Source of the DNA: an uncultured virus (IMG/VR IMGVR_UViG_3300024265_000044) | Lineage: Duplodnaviria > Heunggongvirae > Uroviricota > Caudoviricetes | IMG/VR virus record: IMGVR_UViG_3300024265_000044 | Length of the DNA: 64,000 nucleotides | Strand: one strand, 5' to 3' | Made by a program: the position numbers and the translations under genes | The notes under the pieces: model-generated | What the model saw: only the letters and a program-made list of their open reading frames with translations | Told to the model about the DNA's origin: nothing | Databases searched by the model: none | Shown: piece after piece, positions 37,558 to 45,380 of the stretch | Position numbering within the stretch: position 1 is the first letter of the stretch | Layout of the letters: every line of letters starts with the position of its first letter

Positions 37558-37859
37558 CACGGCGCGCAAATATATGTTGGACGTATGTAGGTGCGGCGCT
37601 CCTCGCCGCCGGCTGTACCTGGCCCCCGCCGGAGCCTGAGCCGCCCCCTCTGCCGCCGCCGGATGGCGCGGGTGATTGTTCGTCCGCGTGCCAGAACCTG
37701 GAATCCATCGATCCTGGCAAGGGTTGCGGCATGCCTCAGCCCCGTTGCGAAAAGCAGTGTGCGGGCGCCTCGAAGGCCGAGGCCAAGGAGGGGATCCGCT
37801 ACCCGGTCGGGTGCCTCACCGCGGCCAAGGACTGCGACGAGGCGGGCCTCTGCGAGTAG
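37554..37859 (+). CDS. Pro/Cys-rich lipoprotein
   Basis: Lipobox LAAG-C, poly-Pro linker, 8 further Cys. Confidence 0.8.
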   Translation: MTRRANICWTYVGAALLAAGCTWPPPEPEPPPLPPPDGAGDCSSACQNLESIDPGKGCGMPQPRCEKQCAGASKAEAKEGIRYPVGCLTAAKDCDEAGLCE

Positions 37860-38038
37860 CTTGAGCGCTCAAGCAAAAGCGGTCAGTTTGGCAAAAAGAG
37901 CAAGTTGCCATGTTCCATCGGAAACACCCGGGATCGTTGCATACTTCGCGACGGCAAAACCGGACGCCGGAAAGGTGTTCCATCCCAACGGCGCATAACT
38001 ACGCCGTATTTACGTCGTAATTATGGCGCACTATCCAC

Positions 38039-38314
38039 ATGTCCAAAGTTGAGGTCGAGGTCGAGGAGCTCCGACAGCTTCGAGACACCGCGCGTGAGGT
38101 CCTCGGGCTCATCCCCGATCTCGTGCGAGCCAAGCCGGCCCTCGAAAAGTTAGAGCTCAAAGCCGCCCTCGACGCGCTCGATGACCTTCGAAAGAAAGGC
38201 GTCGATCTCAACGTGCTCATCGGGAGCATCGACGAGGTCCTCGCGCGCGCGCCGCAAGACGAAATCACCAAGGTCGAAACACCCCACCCACAACACCCGC
38301 CGAGGAAAGCATGA
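38039..38314 (+). CDS. Hypothetical protein
   Basis: 91 aa; ATGA-coupled to the endolysin. Confidence 0.6.
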   Translation: MSKVEVEVEELRQLRDTAREVLGLIPDLVRAKPALEKLELKAALDALDDLRKKGVDLNVLIGSIDEVLARAPQDEITKVETPHPQHPPRKA

Positions 38315-39057
38315 GCAAGTTTCAAATCGTCAAGACGGTCAACACGTCGATCAGCGCGGGCGATCTCATGCCTCACGTTTCGAAGTGCTACGCGGAGATC
38401 ACCGGCGACGCACCGGACGCGGCGTCCCTCTGTCTCATCGTCGCTCAATCGGCGCTCGAAACCGGCGCTTGGAAATCGATCCTCAACAACAACATCGGCA
38501 ACATCCGACCCGGTCGCGGTTGGCGTGGCCAGGTTTGCCAATTCAAGTGCAACGAGCGGATCATGCGCGATGGAAAATGGGTTGTCGAGTGGTACACGCC
38601 GAAGGATCCGCGGACCAACTTTCGCGCGTTCCCCACGCTCGAGGAGGGAGTGCGCGACTATTGCCGATTCCTCGGTGTCGACACGACGCCGCACAACGGC
38701 AAGCCAAACCGTTATCAGGATTGTTGGGATGCGATCGTCGAGGCCGACGGTGATGACGCGGACGTTTACGAATTTGTGACGGAGCTCTATCGCGCTGGCT
38801 ACTTCACCGCACCGCCGGATCTCTATTACGACGGCCGCAACGGCCGGGGCGGCGTCTTGGCGCTCTATCGTCAATTCATGCCGGTCGTCGAGGCGTTCGT
38901 TGGCGCGAGCTCTGACAAGACACTCGCACCGCCACCTCCGGGCGAGATTGAAACCGGCACGCTCGACGAGATGAACCGCCGTCTCAAGGAGCTCGAAGCT
39001 GAGATGTCGAAAATGCAAAACTGGCGCACCGGCCTCGCGGAAGCGGCGGCGGCATGA
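38311..39057 (+). CDS. Endolysin, GH73 glucosaminidase-like
   Basis: AQSALETG, NNIGNI, FRAFPTLEEGVRDY, GYFTAP. Confidence 0.85.
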   Translation: MSKFQIVKTVNTSISAGDLMPHVSKCYAEITGDAPDAASLCLIVAQSALETGAWKSILNNNIGNIRPGRGWRGQVCQFKCNERIMRDGKWVVEWYTPKDPRTNFRAFPTLEEGVRDYCRFLGVDTTPHNGKPNRYQDCWDAIVEADGDDADVYEFVTELYRAGYFTAPPDLYYDGRNGRGGVLALYRQFMPVVEAFVGASSDKTLAPPPPGEIETGTLDEMNRRLKELEAEMSKMQNWRTGLAEAAAA

Positions 39058-39734
39058 CCGAGATCGCAGAATTCGCAAAGGAGCTACGCCGCACGCGCGA
39101 GGAAGATCGCAAGGAGCAACGCGAAGATCGCAAGGAGCTCCACGGCAAGATCGGCGCGCTCGATAAGACCATGACCGGCATCAAGATCGACATGGGCGAA
39201 GTGAAGTCCAAGGTCGAGAGCGTCACCGAGCGCGTTGAAAAAGCCGAGAACGACGTCGAGCGCATCCGCGACAAGGAGGACGAGCCTCCAAAGTCGCGGA
39301 TCCAGCAAGCCAACGGCGCGATCACCGAAACCCCGTGGAAGAAAATCGGCGGCATCCTCCTCGGCGCGCTCACCGTTGTTGGTGTGCCTACGGTGTTCGT
39401 CGGTGGGTCGCTCGATCGTGAAGCGGCAGCGTCCTACGATATGCAGCAAAGGATCGAAGAACAGGCGCTTCGGGAATACGAGGCCGAACGGCGCGCATTT
39501 GAAAAACAAAAACTGGATCGCGACCTTTACGGAGCACAACTCGCCGCCGCCAAAGCGCAATCGCGCGGCGCCAAGGCGTCAGCTAGCCTCGAACCTCTCG
39601 ACGAGAAGGCCGCACTCGAAGCGTCAGCTCTGGCGGACGTGACCATCGCGAAGATCGAGCGGAAACTTGCGGCCGCAAAAAAGGCAGCGCCACCGCAGGC
39701 GCCGGCTCGCCCAGTGCCAGTGTCCCCTAAGTAG
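39054..39734 (+). CDS. Coiled-coil membrane protein (lysis-associated)
   Basis: One central TM helix IGGILLGALTVVGVPTVFVG flanked by coiled coils. Confidence 0.6.
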   Translation: MTEIAEFAKELRRTREEDRKEQREDRKELHGKIGALDKTMTGIKIDMGEVKSKVESVTERVEKAENDVERIRDKEDEPPKSRIQQANGAITETPWKKIGGILLGALTVVGVPTVFVGGSLDREAAASYDMQQRIEEQALREYEAERRAFEKQKLDRDLYGAQLAAAKAQSRGAKASASLEPLDEKAALEASALADVTIAKIERKLAAAKKAAPPQAPARPVPVSPK

Positions 39735-39778
39735 CTTTTTCCAAACTCAAAACCTGAGCAACCTCGGAGGGTTTCTCC

Positions 39779-40243
39779 ATGCCAGATATCCAGACAATCG
39801 TGATGCTCCTTGTCGGCATCGCAGCCGTCGGCGCGCTCGTGTGGTCCGTCGTTCGTCAAAACAGACACGAAAAAGAAAATCCGCCCGAGGTGCCGACGTG
39901 TGTCGCGTGCGGCCAAGTCGCGACCGATCCCGTCCCCATCGCCGCACAGTCGCGACGCAACGCGATCATCGGCGCGCTCGTCGATGGCGATGCGGGGAGC
40001 CAATACGGGCAAGGCACGCGCGCGATCGTCGCTTACGACACGAGCGCGGCTCGCCTTTGCTCGCAACATCGCCGCGTTGGTGAACACCTCGTCGAACAAT
40101 TCGAATTGCACCAAGCCTCGGAGTCCGCCGAGCTCAAGGCAAAGCAAAGCCACGAGGCCGCCGACTTCGAGTCGACTTTCTTCGACCGGATCCGCGACTT
40201 CGGAAACACGCCGACGCACTATCGAGATGATCCGACCGCTTAG
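39779..40243 (+). CDS. Membrane-anchored protein with CxxC
   Basis: N-terminal TM helix; CVACG; SD GGAGG. Confidence 0.6.
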   Translation: MPDIQTIVMLLVGIAAVGALVWSVVRQNRHEKENPPEVPTCVACGQVATDPVPIAAQSRRNAIIGALVDGDAGSQYGQGTRAIVAYDTSAARLCSQHRRVGEHLVEQFELHQASESAELKAKQSHEAADFESTFFDRIRDFGNTPTHYRDDPTA

Positions 40244-40784
40244 TTACATCATCGCCGCTTTGCAGTGCGCGATCCCGAACATGTCCGACGCGGTCGCGCG
40301 CCCATACGCCCGCGTGATTAGTCGGCTCGCCGTCGAGCATCACTTCGATCCGGTGACGATGATCTCGATGGGCGAGTTTGAAAGCCGTTGGAGGCCTCAC
40401 GCCAAAAACGTCGTCGGCCGCGAAGAGTACGTTGGGATCCTCCAGATCCGTTTGCGCAACTATCCCGAGTGTCAAAAAAGCCGATTCACTCCCGAATGCG
40501 ACAAGCGGCGACAGCTCCTCGAAGATTGGCGGACCAACCTCCAAACCGGCGCGCGCTACATCACGATCAACCGCGACATGTGTCGCGAGAAAGTCGGGGG
40601 CGCGTTGTTCTGGCAATGGCTGTTCAGCTTCCAAGGCTTCAACAAGCCCAAACTCAAGATTTTGTGCGGCATGCAACAGACCAAGCGCGGCCAGTGGCGA
40701 CAGCTCAAGCGGCCTGAGCTCGTGAGCCAAGTTATGCGCGAAAGACTTCGAATCATCAAAGAACTAGACGCGAAAAGAAAATAG
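40227..40784 (+). CDS. Lytic transglycosylase (SLT-like)
   Basis: FDPVTMISMGEFESRWRPHA, VGILQI, TNLQTGARYI. Confidence 0.8.
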   Translation: MIRPLSYIIAALQCAIPNMSDAVARPYARVISRLAVEHHFDPVTMISMGEFESRWRPHAKNVVGREEYVGILQIRLRNYPECQKSRFTPECDKRRQLLEDWRTNLQTGARYITINRDMCREKVGGALFWQWLFSFQGFNKPKLKILCGMQQTKRGQWRQLKRPELVSQVMRERLRIIKELDAKRK

Positions 40785-40831
40785 CCAGCCTGCAAACTCC
40801 CTCGCCCAAGCTCCGACTTGGGTCGAGCCCA

Positions 40832-40880
40832 GCCCCCTCACGTAACCGGTCACCTCCGGGAGCGTGGGGGGGCACTTTTC
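40832..40880 (+). terminator. Intrinsic terminator of the late operon
   Basis: GCCCCCTCACG...CGTGGGGGGGC then ACTTTTC at the convergence point. Confidence 0.75.
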
Positions 40881-41157
40881 ATTTTGTAGCTTCGACAACC
40901 TCGATGTCGAGCTCGATGGTTTCAAGGCGCGCGTATTGGCCGGCCTCGATCGTGATGTTGATGAGGTTGTCGCAAGGGACCTCGACGTGTAGCGCGCAAA
41001 AAAAGTAGTGCTCGATCTCCAACTGAGCGCGGAGGATGTCGAGGATCAACGGTCGGCCGAATGTAGGCCTAACGTGGTCCATTGTAGGCACACCGTGGAC
41101 CATCGAGCTCGCAACGCTCGCCACCGAACCGACGATCATCGCGCGACGGGTGATCAC
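40879..41157 (-). CDS. Hypothetical protein with RR-signal-like N-terminus
   Basis: ITRRAMIVGSVASVA; GTGA-coupled. Confidence 0.55.
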   Translation of the reverse strand: MITRRAMIVGSVASVASSMVHGVPTMDHVRPTFGRPLILDILRAQLEIEHYFFCALHVEVPCDNLINITIEAGQYARLETIELDIEVVEATK

Positions 41158-41420
41158 GTGATCCACTTCCCGTCATCGAGCGTTTTGAGCTCGATCTCCA
41201 TCATCTCCCGCAACGACCCAACGCCCTCGCGGTTGTCGGGCGAGATGAGCATTGCGGCGAGATGGGCGCGCGCGTGATCCTCGTCGGTGACGACTCCCGA
41301 CGACTGGATGATCGCGCACAAGCCCGAGATCATCGTTACCATCACGGTCGCCGCGTTCTCGTCGAGGATCGCTTGGTTGATCTTCGACCAAAGGACCGGA
41401 TCCGGTTTGAAACCTCGCAT
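41154..41420 (-). CDS. Hypothetical protein
   Basis: 88 aa in the leftward operon. Confidence 0.6.
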   Translation of the reverse strand: MRGFKPDPVLWSKINQAILDENAATVMVTMISGLCAIIQSSGVVTDEDHARAHLAAMLISPDNREGVGSLREMMEIELKTLDDGKWIT

Positions 41421-41613
41421 TTTCGGTCATACCTTTCCTGAGCTGAAGCGTCGATGTCGTCTCAATAGTTTCACGAGCCGATCCTTAGCTTTGCGAATGC
41501 GCCGCGAGGTGCGCTTGCTTCGCTTCCCAGTCCTGAAGCCAGCCGGTTCACACTTTTCATTCGCGCGCCGTTTCCGCAGCGCGACGAAATCTCCCCACTT
41601 CCAGTGCATCGCA

Positions 41614-42198
41614 TCACTCGCCCTTGACGAGCTCGCCACTGAGCACGCCATCGATCGCAAACTTCAACCGATCGGCGCGGCGCTCGATGGTGATCTTGGT
41701 TTCGAGTCGATCCTCGAGGCCATACCCACGACAAAACGCGGTCATCGGTGTCAGGGCCATGGAGCCTTCCGGCGGATAGAACCCGCAACCGCCGCCGATC
41801 GTTTCGGAGCTCATGTGCCCATCGTCCGGCGCCAAAAACTTGACGTTGAAAGGCGTCTTGCTCTTCGAGCCGCGGGCCTCGAACGTCATCTCGATCCCGC
41901 CGTTGACGATCTTGCCGTCCTTGGTTGCGGTTCCAATTTCGGCATCGACCCAACGGCCGAGGACCTTGGACGGATCCGAAACGAAACGCCAACGCTCCGG
42001 CGGTGGCGGCGACGTCGAGGGCTTCGGCGGTGATGTCGACGTCGAGGGCGCGGCGACCGGCGTCGAGCTCTGCTCAGGGCACTCGCAATCGACCATGCCG
42101 CGTCCGATAGCGATCGCGCCCATCGTCCAGGCGCCGACGGCCCCGATGAAACAGAAAACGATCTGTGCTGAAAATGCTGAGGTATTCTTTTCGGTCAT
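41614..42198 (-). CDS. Membrane-anchored exported protein
   Basis: N-terminal TM, Pro/Ser linker, beta-rich domain. Confidence 0.65.
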   Translation of the reverse strand: MTEKNTSAFSAQIVFCFIGAVGAWTMGAIAIGRGMVDCECPEQSSTPVAAPSTSTSPPKPSTSPPPPERWRFVSDPSKVLGRWVDAEIGTATKDGKIVNGGIEMTFEARGSKSKTPFNVKFLAPDDGHMSSETIGGGCGFYPPEGSMALTPMTAFCRGYGLEDRLETKITIERRADRLKFAIDGVLSGELVKGE

Positions 42199-42683
42199 CA
42201 CTGGCCTTTCGCTGAGATCCATTGACAGACGCGTTGCAACTCGGGCGAGAAGTCACCGCGCTCGCGGAACATGGCGCGCAGCTCGATGGCGGCCTCGCGA
42301 AACTCGGCGCGCGTTGGTGGCTTGTTACGTCCGATCGGATCGTGAGGCAAGGCCGAGGTGACGTCCCATTCAATGCACATCCGGCCCGACACTCGACAAG
42401 GCCGTTCGTCGGTCTCCTTGAGCACGCCACGATCGCGGAGCTCGGTGAAGCGCGCGCGCGATTGTGACAACGGACTCGCGTCGGAGGGGAGCTTGCCTTG
42501 CATCATTTGAAAAGCCTCGCCGCTCGTCATCGGCCCGTGACGGAACACGGTTTGATAGACGCGCAACCGCCACTCGCTCAACAGGCCCTCGGACTCGATC
42601 GCGTGGTACGCCGCGACGCTCGTGTCGCGCGTTGTGAGCGTCACCGGTGGCGCGTCGAAATCGAGCTCCGTTTGCCCCGTCAT
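42198..42683 (-). CDS. Winged-helix DNA-binding protein
   Basis: TSVAAYH, GPMTSGE, RARFTELRDRGV. Confidence 0.7.
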   Translation of the reverse strand: MTGQTELDFDAPPVTLTTRDTSVAAYHAIESEGLLSEWRLRVYQTVFRHGPMTSGEAFQMMQGKLPSDASPLSQSRARFTELRDRGVLKETDERPCRVSGRMCIEWDVTSALPHDPIGRNKPPTRAEFREAAIELRAMFRERGDFSPELQRVCQWISAKGQ

Positions 42684-44377
42684 GAGATCAGCCTTTGAGC
42701 CGCGCGCATCGCGGTGTTTCCGCCGAGGATGAGCGCGAGGGTTCGAAGCTTGCTCGCGGCATTGCGGACACCGCCCGACGTCGGACGGTAGCCAACGATC
42801 TCGGCCGCCTCGGCGAGTGAGACGGTGCCCGGATAGGCGTCGATGACGGCCTTGAGGATCTCCCGCTCGGCTTTCTTCAGTTGGCCATACCAACGATCGG
42901 CGAGGGCCGCGCCGGTGGGGAGCTCCTCGACGGGCCCGAGGGCCCCGAGGCCGCTCTCAGTTACGTCGAGCGATGCATTGGAGCCCTCGACATAGCCGAT
43001 GGTGCGGAGGGCGCTCGCGGCGTTACGGACGCCGCCAGAGGTCGGCCGGTAGCCGGCGATCATGGCCGCTTGAGTCAATGACAGCGTCCCATGTTGAGCG
43101 AGAGCGGTGAGGATCTTCCGCTCGGCTTTCTTCATGCCGCGATCGACCGGCCCACTGGGCAAAACTCGACTCGCGGTGCGGGAGCCCGGCGGAGCCTTGG
43201 CGAGCACCGTCCCCGCTCCCTCGGGCTTACCGTTGGAGCTCCTCGCGCGGGCCGGTTTGGGCAAAACCCTCGGCGCGTTCGGAGCCGCCCCGATCTTGTC
43301 GGTGAGCTCGGTCATCCGGTTGCCGATGTGGAGGATCGATCGCTTGAGGTCGATGATCTCGCGGCGCGCCTCGTCGGTGAGGATCGGCACTTCGACGCGT
43401 TCAATCACGGGCTCCGGCGTTGGGTACGGGTGGCGTAACGCCCTGTTCTGCTTTTCGAGCTCGGCGAGCTTGCGCCGGAGCAACTTCGGATCCTCGGCCT
43501 CGGCTTTCTCGATGGTCGCGCTCATCAAGCCGCGGATCGCGGTGACGTCGACATCGGCGATCGTCCGCTGGCGTCGTCGCTTGCCAACCGTCGGAGTCGC
43601 ACCCGAGTCGAACGTTTTGGAAAGGCGGAAGCGGACGCGCTTGGTCACCTTGAGAAACTGAGGCGACCAGATCCAGGCTTCGCCATCTTCGAGGCTCGAA
43701 AGGCTTTCGAGAATGTCGCGGCTCTGGTCGTTGTATTGGACCCAAGCCTCGACGGCCTTGCGGTCTTGCGGCGATGTCGTCCGCATGGCAATCAACGTCT
43801 GGACTTGAGTCAGCACGTCCTTGGCGACGACGGCGCTCCGTTGCGTGATCAGAGTGATCCCGAGGCCGCGAGCTCGACCGCGGCGCACAATGTTTGACCA
43901 CGCGCGCACAAGCCGCGCCTCATCGCGCATTGGCTTTTGTGGAATGTAGTCGTCCGCCTCTTCGAGAAACAAATGCAACGGCTCCTCGTTGAGGCGATAG
44001 AGCTCGGTTGCGAAGTCGAGAAGGAATTGCTTTCGCGCGGCCTCGCTTTCGAACGTGGACACATCAACGACGGCGCTCAAATGTTGTTCGACGATGAGGC
44101 TCGCGACGAGCTTGCCACCGGTGCGCTCGAGCGGGACATCGCCATGCTTCCCGCCGAAGATCGGGATCGGGATGCCGCTCTTTTTGCCATCGCGCGAGGA
44201 CCGCAGACCGGGCCACGATCCGACTGGGTCGATGGCGACGAAGCGAAGCCCGGCCGCGAACATCTCCTCGGCGATGACGCGCGCGGTGTTGGTCTTACCC
44301 GCTCCCCGCGCGGCGAGGAGCCCGAATGTTTCGGTGACGGCCTCCGGCGGGAGCGATAGCCCGGTTGCGATCTTCAT
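42680..44377 (-). CDS. HerA/FtsK-family ATPase with two C-terminal wHTH repeats
   Basis: ARGAGKT, IDPVG, LFLEEAD, RGRARG, ITQRS. Confidence 0.85.
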   Translation of the reverse strand: MKIATGLSLPPEAVTETFGLLAARGAGKTNTARVIAEEMFAAGLRFVAIDPVGSWPGLRSSRDGKKSGIPIPIFGGKHGDVPLERTGGKLVASLIVEQHLSAVVDVSTFESEAARKQFLLDFATELYRLNEEPLHLFLEEADDYIPQKPMRDEARLVRAWSNIVRRGRARGLGITLITQRSAVVAKDVLTQVQTLIAMRTTSPQDRKAVEAWVQYNDQSRDILESLSSLEDGEAWIWSPQFLKVTKRVRFRLSKTFDSGATPTVGKRRRQRTIADVDVTAIRGLMSATIEKAEAEDPKLLRRKLAELEKQNRALRHPYPTPEPVIERVEVPILTDEARREIIDLKRSILHIGNRMTELTDKIGAAPNAPRVLPKPARARSSNGKPEGAGTVLAKAPPGSRTASRVLPSGPVDRGMKKAERKILTALAQHGTLSLTQAAMIAGYRPTSGGVRNAASALRTIGYVEGSNASLDVTESGLGALGPVEELPTGAALADRWYGQLKKAEREILKAVIDAYPGTVSLAEAAEIVGYRPTSGGVRNAASKLRTLALILGGNTAMRAAQRLIS

Positions 44378-44757
44378 CAATAGCGATCCCCGGTGATCGC
44401 TTTGCGGACCGCGTCGGCCATCCGCTCGACGAGTCGCTCTTGTGCGCCGTCCGCGTGGAAGGCTTTATTGACGGCCTCGACGAGGAGCCGCTTGATCTCG
44501 TTTTCGATCTCGGGTGTGCGGCAATGCTCCTCGGCGATCTTGAGCGCGATCGTCGTGACGGCTTGGTTGAAGATTTGCTGGATCCGCGATGCCGCTTTCG
44601 TGCCGTAAAGCTCCACCGCGCTATCATTGGGACGCGCGAGCAATTCTTTGACCGCGGTCTTGATGAGCTCGTCGCGCTTCTCGGGCCCCATGCCGTCAAG
44701 GATCGCCTTTTGAACGATCAACGACATCTCGTCATCGTTTAGTGTCACATTTGCCAT
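44377..44757 (-). CDS. Hypothetical protein
   Basis: SD GGAGGTGA; first gene past the terminator. Confidence 0.7.
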   Translation of the reverse strand: MANVTLNDDEMSLIVQKAILDGMGPEKRDELIKTAVKELLARPNDSAVELYGTKAASRIQQIFNQAVTTIALKIAEEHCRTPEIENEIKRLLVEAVNKAFHADGAQERLVERMADAVRKAITGDRY

Positions 44758-44770
44758 TTGGTCACCTCCT

Positions 44771-44844
44771 GAAAAAAGGACGGGGCCCGACTTGGCTTGT
44801 CAACAGGGATCCAAGGAGACCACCGAACCAAGCCGAGCCCCGTC
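44771..44844 (-). ncRNA. Terminator hairpin with 32-nt anti-leader loop (candidate antisense RNA)
   Basis: 17-bp stem with two G-U pairs on the minus strand, U6 tail; loop complementary to leaders at 3699-3723, 4080-4098 and 51224-51247. Confidence 0.65.
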
Positions 44845-44847
44845 GAG

Positions 44848-45162
44848 TCATGCTTGCGCCCGATGTGGGCAACTCGCGCATTTCGGTCCTCGTCGCTCGA
44901 CCGCCCATTCGCAATGCGTGTTGCTGCAAAGTGCGTCAACGCGCATGCCGATCGCCCGGTGAGCCACGGGGCCGACACCGCGGAGCACTTGATCGCACCG
45001 GCGACAAATGTCGTCGCCGTCGCGGTCTAGGAATTCGGCGCCTTCGAGGATCGAGGCGCGAACCTCCTCGGGCGTTTGGGCGCCGTCGTGTATCGCGAGC
45101 ACCATCGCGGTTGCCCTCTCGCACCTGGCGCAATCGATGTGCGCAACGATTCGGATCGTCAT
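44848..45162 (-). CDS. Cys-rich (zinc-binding) hypothetical protein
   Basis: CARC, CRRC, CSNTHC, CASC. Confidence 0.55.
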   Translation of the reverse strand: MTIRIVAHIDCARCERATAMVLAIHDGAQTPEEVRASILEGAEFLDRDGDDICRRCDQVLRGVGPVAHRAIGMRVDALCSNTHCEWAVERRGPKCASCPHRAQA

Positions 45163-45380
45163 GTGACCCCCGTGCCGTTGCGGACCGTGCAACCGTTGAT
45201 CGTGAATTCGTGCGGTGGATCGCCAAGGTGGATCGCCGCGGGGAGTTTGCCGCAAATGAATTTCCAAACCATCTCGAAAGCGTTCGGCGTGAGGCAGATC
45301 AACGCGCATGCGCTTTCGGGAATCGCCTCGATCGCCAAGTAGATGTCCTCGCCGGTCGGATTGTCGTGAATATCAGGCAT
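45159..45380 (-). CDS. Hypothetical protein
   Basis: Coupled small ORF. Confidence 0.55.
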   Translation of the reverse strand: MPDIHDNPTGEDIYLAIEAIPESACALICLTPNAFEMVWKFICGKLPAAIHLGDPPHEFTINGCTVRNGTGVT

